Origin: the human T2T-CHM13v2.0 reference genome, Homo sapiens
NCBI RefSeq assembly: GCF_009914755.1
Contig: NC_060925.1
Reading direction: 5' to 3' (one strand)
Length of the DNA stretch: 64,000 nt
Part shown: in pieces, positions 41,911 through 56,038 of the stretch
Layout of the letters: the number at the start of each line of letters is the position of its first letter
Numbering within the stretch: the stretch's first letter is position 1
The notes under the pieces: generated by a model
Seen by the model: only the letters and a program-made list of their open reading frames with translations
Databases searched by the model: none
Told to the model about the DNA's origin: nothing
Position numbers and translations under genes: made by a program

Positions 41911-44342
41911 TCTAATCCATCCTCCAAGCCCATATGGCTGCCCCTCTCCACCATCCATCTTCACACTGGACCCCAACACATAAACCCATCTCTGCTCAGC
42001 CATTCAAACTCCTGTGCAGTCCCCTAATGTGCCATACACCCTTTCTTCTGCCATCCTATAAGTCCCTTTGGCATTCTCCCAACCCACCCACCTTCCCCCC
42101 GACCTTCATTCACTTGGCAAATCCACTCACCCTGTGAATACCCATTAGGTCTGGATCCTCACTTTTGCACACCTTAGTGTAGCACTTCCACTTCTGTTGA
42201 TTTGCCTGTTCCCGGATAGATTATGAGTTCCTAGATGACATGGACCAGGCTATACCCTCCCCAGCATCTAATGCTATGGATGTTTATTGAATGAATGGAT
42301 GCATGCACATTTTTCTGTTGCCCAAACAGCCATCATTTTAACATTTCACTGTCACTTTGAGTCCGCTTCTTGGCTTAGGGCTGACACCTTACCCAAGGGA
42401 AATCCATGTCCCGGCTTGCCACCTGTCTGTGAGTTAAGGCCTCTCCTCTCTCAAGACTTTGAAGTTAGAGAGTGTAAGAATGAGTCATGCATGGAATTAG
42501 GGTGTTAGAAAGTTGAGTGGGGACCCATGGCAAGCAAAGGTACTAGGTAAAGAAGAGATCCACAAAGACAGAGACACCAAAAGGAACATCAGCCCTGGAC
42601 CTGCCTGGTTCCAGAGCTTTTTAGTCCCTGTCCTGGGCCTCTAATGCTCTCACAAACCCCTCCCTTCCCCAAACTAGATTGAAATCTCCCATCAGATAGT
42701 TGATGAGTACTCTCTATTTCTTCAAAGAACTCACAATTCTAATTAATTATCTATATTACTCAGTTATGTAATTATTAATTTAATATCCCTTTTTTTCCTG
42801 CTAAGCTTTATGAGGTCATAAAGCCAATCTGTTCTTTCCATTTTATCCCTGGTGCTCAGCTCAGTGCCTCACAAAGAAAACTGAACACTTAGCACAGGGG
42901 GTCAACACTCCCTACTGAAGGAGGAGGGCATAGAGGCAAAGGGACTTGTCCATGGTGTCCTGTGTTTAAGAAAAGGAGGCAAGGCTGGAACAAGACTGGA
43001 ATGGGTGGGTCTCACACTTCCCACCAGCTACGCTGTGTGCCGTCCTCCTAGATGCAAACCTGACTGCACAGATGTTCGGGCGCTCACAGTGGGAGGCATC
43101 TCCTGGCTGGGCTCAGGCTTGCCGGTGGGACTGCACGGGATTTGTGCCCACAGACTTTCAAGTGCTGGGTTTCCTTTTCAGCCCCACCACCTCACCCATG
43201 TGCCCGGAGACAGTGTAAGTCTCAGCAGTGGGTTGGGAAGCCTGGATCCTGGGCATTTTAGGTGGACAATGTGGGCAAGTCATGTGGTCTCTCCAAGCCT
43301 CTGTCTGTAAAATGGGAGGTGACCCCCGTTCCTACCTCATGAGGCTATCGTGAAGACTAAGTGAAGGAAAATGTGGAAAGGGTTTAGTACAGTGACTGGC
43401 CCTTCATCATAGTTCAATAAAAGGTCACTCACCTCCTACACCCGCCCACACACACATCTCCACCCCAAACTGTGCTCCAGGTGTCTCCTGAAGATAAACA
43501 CAGGGGAACGCATTGCTGTTCCCACCTAATGGAAGTAGCTACTTACTGTATAGTGGTTGTTACATGCCAGGCAATGTCCTAAACTATCAACATTTCAAAA
43601 GTGAAACAACAGAGCCTCAGAGAAGTGAAGTAACTTGCCTGAAGTCACACAGCCACAAAGTGGCAGAGTTGGGTGAATCTGCCTTGAACCCAGACGGGCT
43701 CGAATCCTGGGCTCCCAACATGCTAGGGAAGTGTTGGCTGTGGTGGCAGAAAGCACTAGCAGGGACCAAGAACAGGAGAAGGGCAGTGTTTTTATGAAAA
43801 ACAAAGAACAGGGAAGGTTAGAGTTGGTGTTAAAACATAAGATCATGGAAAGTTTCTTGGAAATTAAGCACATGCTGTTGAACAGTTACTCAAATGGATT
43901 TGCCCCCAGGAGCTGCTGGGTGATCAAGCTGCAACTTGCATAACGGGAGCAAGAAGGTGGGAGGCTCTAATCCTCGGCAAGCTCGGCACTGCCTCTCCTG
44001 TTAGGTGAATGGGCAGATCTGCTTCCCAGGCTGCGGCTGTCTGCGTACGGGGATGTGTCCCTTGCCTCCTGTGGGCTGCAGAGAGGCCTCCTCTGCGTTC
44101 ATGATTGTCCTTCAGCTGACAGAAGTTTTAATACTGTCCCTCCTGGCCCTGTCTTGTATAAGCAGTGATCTCATCCCTTCTCATCTCTTCCCTTCCCCAT
44201 TTAGGACTCTGACGCAGTACAGTTAATCTGTGCACAGGAAAGAAGAGCTGTTTGAAGAGGTTATTCGGTAAATGCAGAGAATGTCTTTGTAGTATAAATT
44301 ATTGCTCTATATAAAACTGCTTGTAAGTTTTTGTTGGTGGTG

Positions 44343-44475
44343 TTTTTTTGTTTGTTTGTTTGTTTTAGAGATGTGGTCTCACTCACTATGTTGCCCAGGC
44401 TGGGCTCAAGAGATCCTCCTGACTTGGCCTCCCAAAGTGCTGGGATTATAGGTATAAGCCACAGCGCCCACCTGG
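44343..44475 (-). mobile_element. FLAM/AluJ monomer
   Basis: (TTTG)n tail plus monomer; TSD TTGTAAGTTTTT / TTGCAAGTTTTT. Confidence 0.85.
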
Positions 44476-45122
44476 TTGCAAGTTTTTAAAGTTTTGCTAA
44501 AATGACAGGCATATGAAGACATTATTGCCAACTATATATTGTCCCAGAAACAAACATTCATCCTTTACTATAAAAGTCTTCTGCGTATGGGTTCTCTCCC
44601 AAAGAAGGGACAGCAAAATGCTCACAGCCAGCTCTTCACCCCATGTGCATGTGCCAGGAGAGAAGCCCAGAGTCCTTGCAGGTCACCCAATCCAGCTCCC
44701 TTATCACTGGTGCCAACAAGGCAATGTTTTCTAAGGGAAGGGAAACCAACATTTATCGAACATGTACTACTGCCTACAGCACTATTTTGGGGGCTTTTTA
44801 TTTCATTTCATCCTATGAAGTAGCTAGAGGTAAATATAATCCCCACTTTGCAGAGGGGAAATTGAGAGGTTAGTAGCCTGTAAGAAGTGGTTAAGAATGT
44901 GTTTGAACACATATCTATAAGCCTTAATCTTTCCATTAGATCAAGCTGCTTCCCATTAGGGACATAAAAGAATCCTGTGTTGCCACTGGTGGTTTTTACC
45001 TCAACATACCCTAAAGCCAGAGACTCCCATATACTAAGGTGGACTCATCAGATTCTTGTGGGTCCATATACTTGAGCAGCTAGCTAGGTATACTTATTCC
45101 AAAGAAGTAGCTAGTAGGTAGG

Positions 45123-46200
45123 CATGGCAGAAACTTATTAGTTGTTCAACAAACCATACCCCTTCTTCTTCCTAAGCACCCACCTTGAACACATTTCTCA
45201 CCCCACCTTGTGGAGGTACAGCCATGTGACTGTTCTAGGCAACGGAACAGGAGTTCACCTGATGTACCTATCACTTGCAGGCCTGGCCCATAAGCCCTTC
45301 CACAAAAAAGCATTCTCTTTCTATACCTACCAGATGCATGGTGGAAGAAATAGGAAGGCCCTCAAGCAGTGGTTCTCATCGTTAGCTGTTGATTGAAATC
45401 ACATGAGAGCTTTAAATATCGCCATTGTCAGGCTGCATCCTAGACCAATTAAAACAGACACTCTGGAAGTGGAACCAGGCATCAGGATTTAACAAAGCTT
45501 CCCAGGTGATTCCAGTGTGCTGCCAAGGTAGAAAATCATTGCCTCAGGCTGGGCACTTTGGGAGGCCAAGGCAGATGGATCGCCTGAGGTCAGGAGCTCA
45601 AGACCAGCCTGGCCAACATAGTGAAACCCCATCTCTACTAAAAATACAAAAAATTAGCTGGGCGTGGTGGCGGGCACCTGTAATCCTACCTACTCAGGAG
45701 GCTGAGGCAGGAGAATTGCTTGAACCCAGGAGGCAGAGGTTGCAGTGCAGTGAGCCGAGATCGCATCATTGCATTCCAGGCTGGGCAAAAAGAGCGAGAC
45801 TCCGTCTCAAAAAAAAAAAAGAGAAAAAAGAAAAAAAAAATCAAATCATTGCCTCAGAGCAATGATTCTCAAAATGTGTCCCCCAACCAGCAAGACCAGC
45901 AAGACCAGCAATGCCTGGGAACTGTTTATAAAATGCACATCCACAAGCCCCATCCCAGACCTACTGAGTCAGAAACTCTGGGGAATTGCATTTTAAGCTC
46001 TCCAGATGACTCTGATGCATACTGAAGTTTGAGAACTTCTAGAGGAAGTAAGCCACAAGACAGAAGGAGCCTGGCCCTGAGTCGCTGCTTGGAGGAGGGC
46101 CATGTGAGAGAACAACTCAATCAGGAACACCCATATCAGACTATTGTGTGAGAAACCCACTTTCATTGTGTTAAGCCATTGACTCAGTGGGTACGCATTT
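45123..46200 (+). mobile_element. MLT1-type (ERVL-MaLR) LTR split by two MER5A-like MITEs (45367-45541, 45860-46040) and an Alu
   Basis: MLT1-like halves on either side (ccatgtgactgttctagg..; gaaggagcctggccctga..tgttaagccattga); boundaries approximate. Confidence 0.6.
45547..45840 (+). mobile_element. Alu (AluS-like) with a 5' internal deletion
   Basis: GGCTGGGC joined directly to ACTTTGGGAGG; TSD AAATCATTGCCTCAG at 45533-45547 and 45843-45857. Confidence 0.95.
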
Positions 46201-46246
46201 ATGTGGCTTATGAGAGAACATGGAAGATTGGAAGGTGGGGTCTAAG

Positions 46247-46442
46247 CAGTGGTGTGCAGGAGCTGGCTCACACCAGCTCATTTGTTAAATTTTCAGGAAT
46301 TTTGCAAACAAGGTGACTTCTCATTGGCAACATTAAATTGGCCAAGGTTGGAATAGTTACACCATGGAAATTGTCAAATGCTACAAACCAGGACTTGTTT
46401 TCCCAGAGAGCTGGTTGTTAAACATTAACCAGCACACCACTG
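46247..46442. mobile_element. hAT MITE (MER63-like)
   Basis: TIRs CAGTGGTGTGC / GCACACCACTG; 8-bp TSD GGTCTAAG / GGACTAAG. Confidence 0.85.
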
Positions 46443-46683
46443 GGACTAAGCATCAGAGAGTAGAAAGGTGGGATGATGGTACAGTGGCCCTGGGCTGTAA
46501 TGAACCATCAAAGGAAATGCCATCATGTGAGGCTCTCTAGGCCCAGCCCACACGCAGGCTTCTCTTGACAACACTGTGTCTTTGCCATGTCCTTGTATTT
46601 AGAGATTCTGGAAGCTGAGAGAGAAAGACTGTGGAAGCAGAGTGGGTGAATGGTCAAAACTATCATTCAGGTTAAGAACTGGT

Positions 46684-46910
46684 GGGGTTTCTCAACTGTG
46701 GCACTGTTAAGCTTTTGATCAGATGAATCTTTTTGGGGGACGGTATCCTGTACCTTGTGCATTTTAGTAGGTTTAGCAGCCTCCCTGGGCTCTACCCACT
46801 AGATGTCATTAGCCACCCTTCTCCCTCCAGTTGTGACAAGGAAAAGTGTCTTCAGATACTATCAAATGTCCGTCCGCTGGAGGCAAAATCACCCCCAGTT
46901 GAGAACCACT
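46684..46910. mobile_element. MER20 hAT-Charlie MITE
   Basis: ..tttagcagcctccctgggctctacccactagatg..gttgtgacaa..ggcaaaatcacccccagttgagaaccact. Confidence 0.85.
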
Positions 46911-47224
46911 AATTAAGAACTACCTAGAAGGCAAGAGACACCCCCATAGGGGTGGGCTGGGCCTCAGCCTACCATCTCAACCCCATGACAATTTAGGGAA
47001 GATGCTTTTGGATTCAACTGTAATCACTTTCTATCACATTCTATTAATCTCTTTTCCAATGTTCCCTATCTCTCTGATCACTCCACTCCGTTCTCTACCA
47101 CACAGCTCCCAGAGTCTGTACCACATTAGCTCTTGGTTTGGGAGTGTCTGATGTTGACTGAAAAATATTTCAAGTGTGTTAGCTTCTCTCCTCGACACCA
47201 CTGGCCTCCATCCCTCTTCAAGAT

Positions 47225-47420
47225 AGTATGGTGCAGGGATTGAGAACACTGGTTCTAATGGCAGCTGGTCTGCCTGGATCTTGCTCTGCCATACTTTAGC
47301 TCTGACTTTAGGCAAGTCACTTAACCTCTCTGAGCCTCCTCCATTTCCTTGTTAATCAAACGGGTGAAAATACTATTTCCTACTTCATAGAGTTCTGAGA
47401 ATAAAGTGAGATAATACTCA
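47225..47420 (+). mobile_element. MIR
   Basis: Core ggcaagtcacttaacctctctgagcctc. Confidence 0.8.
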
Positions 47421-47835
47421 ACAAACACTGGCTACTGTTTTTCACTCAACGGATTTTAGAGCACACCCAGAATGGTGGACCATGTGCCACATGCTGGGGG
47501 AATGGAATTGAGCAAAACAAACACATAGGCCCACTCCCTGTTACAGTCTGGTGGGGAAGACAGTGCAATGAGCAGGTCTTAAGAGGATGTGTGGTAAGTG
47601 CCAGAAGAGGAAAATCCCCTGGTACCACAGAAAACCACAGGTGGAGCCTAACCAAGCCTCAGGGGTTGGGAGGAGGCTCCTGGGGAAAATAAGGATGGGC
47701 TCCGGGCAGGCCCTGCTGGTTGCCTGCCAAATGTACATGCCCTCCCCTTGGTCTTTACCCATCCCATGCTCCACTGGGGTATCCCAATTTTTCTGGATCT
47801 TTTTTCTTTACACTTTTTTCCATTTATTTACTTAT

Positions 47836-47939
47836 AAAAATACGGAATGCTTCATGAATTTGCACAGCATCCTTGCACAGGGGTCATGGTCATCTCTGTG
47901 TGGTTCCAATTTTAGCATACATGCTTCCAAAGCCAGCAC
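47836..47939 (-). pseudogene. U6 snRNA retropseudogene
   Basis: The reverse complement GTGCTGGCTTTGGAAGCATGTATGCTAAAATTGGAACCACACAGAGATGACCATGACCCCTGTGCAAGGATGCTGTGCAAATTCATGAAGCATTCCGTATTTTT aligns full-length to U6. Decayed A-rich tail; imperfect TSD at 47805-47820 and 47940-47953. Confidence 0.95.
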
Positions 47940-48059
47940 TCTTCACTTTTTTCACCACACTCAGCTCTCCTTCCTTTCTTCTCCTAAAAGGTAACCAACC
48001 ATTTTAATGTTTATCTTCTTATTTCAATGTGTTCTTGCAACATGGGTATTGTTTTGTGT

Positions 48060-49020
48060 GTGTGTATGTACTTTTAAACTTTTATCATGAAAATTCTCTA
48101 AGGTACACAAAAGTAGAGAAGATAATATCACAAACTTCCATGTAGCCATCATGTAGTTTGAACAATTTTACCAACATTTTGCCAATTGTGTTTTATCTAG
48201 TCTCTCCTCTCCATCCCTACTTCTTTCTTTCAGAAGTATTTTAAGACAATCCCAGACATGGTTTCACCCATTATACATCTCAGTATGCATGTTCAACAGA
48301 AAATGACTTTTCCAAAAAACTCATAACCACCAAGTAGATTCTTTTTTTCTTTTTTTTTTTTTTTTGCTATGAGTACTCCTGATCCTTCCTATGATACTCC
48401 AGTTGCTTCTAACTGCTACACAGTGCTTTTTGTGTGCACGCCCCACATGTGACCTATTATTTTTCACAATAATTGACACTCAGTTGGTGGGCAACTCCCT
48501 TCCACCACTAATAAGACTGCAGGAGCATCCTCACACAGGTCTTCTCCTGGCCTTTGTGAGAATTTCTCCTGGGACAGAACTGTGGGTCACATGATATATT
48601 CATTTACATAATTTCACCAAGAAGACCAGACTGCCCTCCAGAATGGCTGCACCAGTCCACAGTCTCACCAGCAGCGTGAGGTTCCCATGTCTGCACACCC
48701 TGCCAATCACTGGAATTGTCCAGCTGGCTTTTTTTCTTTTTTTTTAATTTTCTCAGACCTCGCAGGTTTCTATTAATAATTGTTTTCAGTCTATGTAAAG
48801 TCTCATTTAAATTCATATTTTTGATGATTAACAATGATTTTGAGCATTTTATCATATTTTGTAAGATTTTAGGGTTAATTCTTCCATAAATGGCATGTTC
48901 ATATCTTTTACTCATTTTTCTATGGGGTTGCTGTCTTTTTCCTGATTTGTAGGAATTCCTTGTGTATTCTAGATATTAGTCAGTTTTAGACACTGCAAGC
49001 ATCTTTTCCCATTCTGTCAT
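48060..49020 (-). mobile_element. Old L1M fragments
   Basis: L1 3'-region-like text on minus (cagaatggctgcaccagt..cattttatcatattttg..ttgtgtattctagatatt). Confidence 0.65.
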
Positions 49021-51014
49021 TTGGTCCTACTTTTTGATCACTTTTGTATCCGCCTTTCTCTCCCACCTTCAGCTCCAGGGGGATCTCCTGCTCAGTCTCA
49101 TCTACTCATGAGACTCCTATACCCCCTTGCCAGTGATGGATTTAGGAATACAGTTGTGACCAATTCTCTACAACATAGTGAATTCAGCCAGAGGGCTTCC
49201 AAGAAAAATTTCTTCACTCCTCAGAGACACAAGAAGATCTAGTCTCTGTCTCTCCTCCCGCTGAGTGTTCTCTGGATATGACATGGAGCTTCTGTAACCA
49301 TCTTACTACCAGTTTGAGGATAAAACCCACCATGAAGGCATGGTACTGTTGGTGGCAGAGTTAAGCCACTGTATTAACCACCTTGGGGCCTGCATCACCT
49401 CTAGTCTTCCCTTTAAGTGAGATAATAAATGTCCTCCTCATCTAAGTTAGATTGAGCCAGGATTTCTGACACTTGCAGTGAGAAGGATATGGACAGATGC
49501 AGCCTCTAAGCCAGGGGTTTTTGAATCTTTTTTTTTTTTTTAATCGCAATCACCAGTAAGAATTTGGCTTTTTATATCATGATCCCGCATCCACATAACA
49601 AACAGCACTTAACTTCATGGTGTCTAATGTGCTCAGATAGCCTCTTTTCTATTTCCTTTAATCTTTTTGTCTTTGTTTTTCTGGAGGGTGTGGGGGACGG
49701 TAATGCTCAATGTAACCTACTAAATTAATTACACAAGCTACTAATGGGTCATGACCCACAGTTTGAAAAACATTGCTCTAGGTCTCAGGCCTCTGAACTG
49801 AGGCCTGTAAGAATAATGGGCTTTAGTCAAGTAAGATCTGCAGTGGGGAGCGAGGATGGTGGGGAGGGTGTTTTCTAGGAAAGAATACTGTACAGAGGCC
49901 CTCAGCAGGATGGGGCCAATCAGATACCTCCCTCCCCCAAGTGTGACCACAGAGTGAGCCCTTGATAAACCTTTGTTGATTGGTTGTGTTCCCTCCCACA
50001 GCTCTCCTCCCAGGGTGCCTTTCTGCAACCTTATTCTATGAATAGATGAGAGCTCTTATCTCCCCTCTGCCTGACCCTCAGGACACAGAAGGGTTGGGGG
50101 GGGGGAGGGCCCTGAAGTCGGCTAATTAGAGATGGCTGGGAGGATTACTAGGGCCTTGCTCTGGCAGCTGTGCCCACCTCTAAATTCAATATCCAGAACC
50201 TGCAGAGAAAGGGCTCACCTTGATAAGCTCCGGAGACAAAGCAGGAGACAGATAGGGTTTGTTCTCAACAGAGCACTCACCCTCTGAATACAGTTTTTGT
50301 TTAAGCCCCAAGGCTGGGAACATTCCACAGCCTGGCAAACTCCCTGTCTCCTCAAGGTCAGTCCTTCCTCAGCATTCCTCTTTGGAAACGTCTCCCACGG
50401 CTGGCCCTGCTCCTGCCCCCTGGCTTTAGGGGCAGTTATATAACTCTTAGGAAGACCTAGAAATGCAAGCATATGGTGTCCTCAATTCCCAGCACAGACT
50501 TGCTGCTTCACATTTTTAGCTGGTGCTGAGAGACTGGCTTTCACACACAGACACACACACATACACATCCCTGACTCATAACTACATTTCTGCTGCAGTA
50601 TTGCAGATTTCTAAAAAATTAAATCCTACATCTGGAGCCACATAAGGGTGAAAGCATAGGACATTTTGTCCCAGTAACTGTGGGGATAGAAAGGCCTCTG
50701 AGGCAGGACACAAAGGCCATATCAGGGCCACTGCAGGGCCAGAGGTCCTAGCACCCCTGGCTTTGGCTCTGAGGGTTTGGTTGCTTGCAGCTGAATTCCC
50801 TAACCAAAGCCTGTCATGTGTGGTGCCAAGCTCACAAATTCAGCATGCATCTACTATGTGTTTGCAATGACTAAAAGGTTACAGAAGGCAGCCTGGATTG
50901 CGGGGATCGGGGATACTTAGAAAATACGTTCTGCAAAATGTTGTATTAGAGGTTCTGAAAATTAAGATACAGAAAACATTTTACTTAATGAAGAAAATAG
51001 GGTAAATATGTTCA

Positions 51015-51553
<539 letters not shown>

Positions 51554-52559
51554 CACAATTCACTTTAAACACAAGTGAAACACATTTCATTAGACAGTGG
51601 AATAGACTTATGTCAATTTTCTTTTCTCTCTTATTTTACACAGTCTGATTTCCTGAAGACAGGAGGCGGGAGTAAGCTAATCAGGCCCTGAGTTAGCTGT
51701 TTCCAAGAAGCTTAGAGTGTCCCACTTACCTACGGGTTGCAGGGCCCGCATTGCCAGTAGGGCTGGCTTTTAGGGATGCTGCTGTTGGTGTGTGCTGTAC
51801 TTGTTTTCTAGGATTGGGACAAGCTTCCTTGAGCTCCTGACTTTAGAGACCAGGTTTGGGAACTGATGGGTGCAGCAAATGCAAACAGACAGCAAACAGG
51901 CCAAAGAGGAGATTCATTCACTGAAGAGGGCCCTGGTACAGTACTGTCGAGGTTTTGCGGTGGCCTGGACACGGCTGGCTCCTTCGACTTACACAATATA
52001 TCTTCTCTCTCTCTTACCTGCACTTATAAGAATCGGTGCTAAGGGTATGTGCCTACCACAGTGCAGCTTGTAGATTAATGAAGAAAGAATTGCTGCCACT
52101 TCCCAAATATTAAACGCCAGGTTCTGCCTATGCATATTCTCTCAACCTTCACAACACACCTACTAACTCCAGCTTACAAATGAGGAGACGAACCAGCAGG
52201 CTGTTCCAGGCGTCTGGTTGTAAGAGCAGTGGCAGTAGAGAAAATGATTTATTTTAGCACCAGCCACTGTGCTAATCCCTTTAGATATCATCTCATTTAA
52301 TCCTTTTAACAACCCTGAAGCACCATCCTTATTCTAAAGGGACTTCGGACCTCTCTGCGGTCCACACTGTCCCCTGCTCGGTGCAGGAGTGTAGACTGGG
52401 ACTGTTCCGTCTGGTGGTCTCCCCGACAAGGGTTCACCTGGAAACTGGCCTTTGGGCTGGGATTGGGACTCTGTACTTAGGCTGGCAGCCCATATTAGGA
52501 CTGGGCACCGTGATAAGCACTTTCTTACCGCAAATGCACGATTTCACTCGGCCCTCACA

Positions 52560-52990
52560 CACCCCACGAGGTGGGCACCGTCACAGTGCCATCTCACAGG
52601 CAAGGAGGCCAGGCCCAGGCCCTGAGGATGCGCCGCTCAGGTGGGAGCTTCCGGGGAGCTCGCGCGACAGCCTGGGGGAGCGCGGATTCGTCTCTGCGCT
52701 ACGGCGGCTGCAGAGGGTCAACCCGCGGAGGCGGCGCTTCGCGGCGGGTCCTCGGCCTGAGGCTGTGGGATGCCTCCAAACCCGGCGCGGCCTCCGTCTG
52801 CAAGGAGAGCAGAGGGTCCCCGCCGGGAGCGCGCCCGGCTGCGGCCCCAGGCGGCCCTGCCCGCAGCCGCCACCTGAGCTTGGGCGCGGCTCCTATCTCC
52901 CACCCGCGCGTCGGCCAGTGAAGGGCTCCGTGCTTAAACATCATTCGTTACAGAAGTATTGCGGCCATCACACGGCATTTTAAAAACACG
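52560..52990 (-). promoter_or_regulatory. Second CpG island, likely promoter of antisense lncRNA ATP1A1-AS1
   Basis: Isolated CpG-dense block; ETS motif CCGGAAG on minus at 52648-52654; strong minus-strand donors at 52528, 52017 and 51729. Confidence 0.75.
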
Positions 52991-53313
52991 AATGATGATA
53001 AATAACTTTAACACTGCTTCCAATTCTGCCTCCAAGCACAGCATCATTACCATTTGCATGCGTTTCACTTCATTCGATTTCCATGTGTATGGATTTGTTT
53101 CTACATAGCTGTGGTAAAACGCACATACTAAACTGAATCCAGGGTTGTTTTCCACTTTGTAACATGAACATTTTCACCGTGTTAGTACTGACGCTTCCTA
53201 CCTATAATTTTTAATGGCAGGACTTTAAAAAATTGGGTTGATACGCTGTCACTTCTCTGAGCATCTCGCAAATGTTCAACATTCAAGTGGCTTCCAAAGC
53301 TTCACGATTATAA

Positions 53314-53656
<343 letters not shown>

Positions 53657-53751
53657 CATTCTTGTGTATAAAGTCCTTTCAGTATTGAGATCAGTTTCCT
53701 TAGGTTATATTCACAGGAGTGAAACTGCTAAGTCAGAATGTGAGCATTTAA

Positions 53752-54180
<429 letters not shown>

Positions 54181-54978
54181 AAAATGCAGTTTCATTAAGA
54201 GATAGTGACCCTTTCTGAGAGTGTCTACATTTAATTGGGATCAGAGCTTGAAGTTGAAAATTTTGTGCCCTGGGACTTCAGACATCAGAAAACAGGGTAG
54301 GAAGATTCTCACGGGTTAGGATTTTTCTGGTGACCCTGAGTGGGGGAGCCACTTATTCTGCCTTCACTTAAGGCTAAACTAGACTCCCGGCCCTGCGTAG
54401 AGTTCTGAGGGACACCAGGGTCACAAGGCTAGTGAGACAGAGTTCATTTGGAAGAAGTGAAATAATTTAGGAATTCACAGAATATTGATGATGATATCCT
54501 TCCTCCTCCAGATGACAAGGTAATAAAGAATAATGAGATGTGATCATGGGAAATAGCCACCATGAGCAGCAGCCACCAAGGCACATAAATACTGTGGAAT
54601 TGACTCTGCTGTCAGCTTGTGGGTTTCTGGAGTGACAGATTAAACCAAACTCAGTCCAGCTTCTTGTTTACTCTGTGTAAATCTACTCACTGTCCAGAAT
54701 CTTCAGGCCGGTGTTGCCACCACTTGTTCTGTCTGTGATTCCCAGTGATGAGTAGGAGGTGACCAGCAGGCAGACTGTCTCCCTATGGGTAGGGAGCCTC
54801 AGAGTTCTGCAGGGACTGGGGTATAGGTAGAAGATGAAAAAAATATCCTTTCTGAATCAGCTCTTTGCCTGTCTGGGCAAACCCCTACGTTTCCTATCCA
54901 CACTTTCTCTGCTCTAGGACCTAAGCCTTGGAGAGTTGCCCCCAGTTCATTGACAAGCTCCCTACACTAGAGTCCTTT

Positions 54979-55377
54979 TGTAGTGGGCATTGGGGTGCAC
55001 CACCCAGATTTCTCTTTAGAACTGGTGAACTTATTCCCTCAAGCTGCTGGGGATTTGCTGGCAGACAGACCTCTCCAGGAAGTGCCTTAGCTGAAGAGAG
55101 ATCCTCACTCAAGGTCACACCCCACCCCCCTTCCTGGAGCAGCCCACATCCAATGAGGTATACTTGTCTGGCACCCTCACCCCACCTTCAAAGTTCCCTA
55201 TGGGGTCAGCAGAGACCTTTGTTGAGACTGCTTTGCAGCCTAACTTATCTCTCTGCACAAATTGTTTCTCATTTTCCTTCTATTCCAAAGGTGTTAATCC
55301 CAAGAGTATTCCTAATAAATGTCCCTCATGGAAGTTTCCATCTCTGGGTCAGCTTCTGGGAAGCTCAACCTGTGACA
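54979..55377 (+). mobile_element. LTR16-like (ERVL) solo LTR
   Basis: TG...CA ends; internal AATAAA followed by an ctccatctc-like segment and ..aacctgtgaca. Confidence 0.6.
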
Positions 55378-55563
55378 CCAATCCCACATGAAATATTTAT
55401 GTGCTACTCCATGAGTCCCTTGTTTAATAAACATTATCTAGCAATAACATGGGGATAAGGTCACAACTCAAAATAGACTAGCTTATAGCTTTGCAGCTTG
55501 TTTTGTGTCACTTTTTTTTCTGATTCTCACGAGCTCTGTCACACTACAACTCCTATTTCTAGG

Positions 55564-56038
55564 TGTGGAAGACAGAATAATGGCCCCGAAGACGACTTAC
55601 ATGGCATAGGGAAATCAGGATTGCAGATGGAATTAAGGTTGATAATCAAGTGATCTTAAAATAGGAAGATTGTACTGAATTTAACAGGCTCGATGTAATC
55701 ACAAGGATCCTTAGACGTGGAAGAGGGAGGCAGAAGAGAGTGAGATGTGACTATGGAAGAGAATCAGGGAGATGTGAAAATTACTCACTCGCCATTGCTG
55801 GAGGAGATGGAAGAAGGGGGTCACAAACCAAGGAATAAATGTGGCCTCCAGAAAGTGTGAAAGGCAAGAAAATGGATTCTTCCCTAGAGCCTCCAGAAAA
55901 AAGTGCGGCCCTGCCAACACCTTTATTCTAGCCCATGTCAGATTTCTAGCCTAAAAAACTGTAAAATAATACATTTATGTTGTTTTAAGCCATTTAGTTT
56001 GTAGTGATTTGTTACGGCAGCAATAGGAGACCAAGACA
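55564..56038 (+). mobile_element. MLT1D-like MaLR solo LTR
   Basis: TGTGG..GAATAATGGCCCC start, ..TTGTTACGGCAGCAATAGG..ACA end; TSD CTAGG / CTGGG. Confidence 0.85.

Noticed and set aside
47836-47939. Functional U6 gene
   Set aside because: Many substitutions including loss of the AGC triad, retrotransposition hallmarks, and no evident PSE/TATA upstream.
52381-52983. 200-aa + strand ORF over the second CpG island
   Set aside because: GTG start, GC-driven openness and no recognisable domain.
54928-55458. 176-aa ORF
   Set aside because: Lies almost wholly within an LTR16-like relic and has a non-ATG start.
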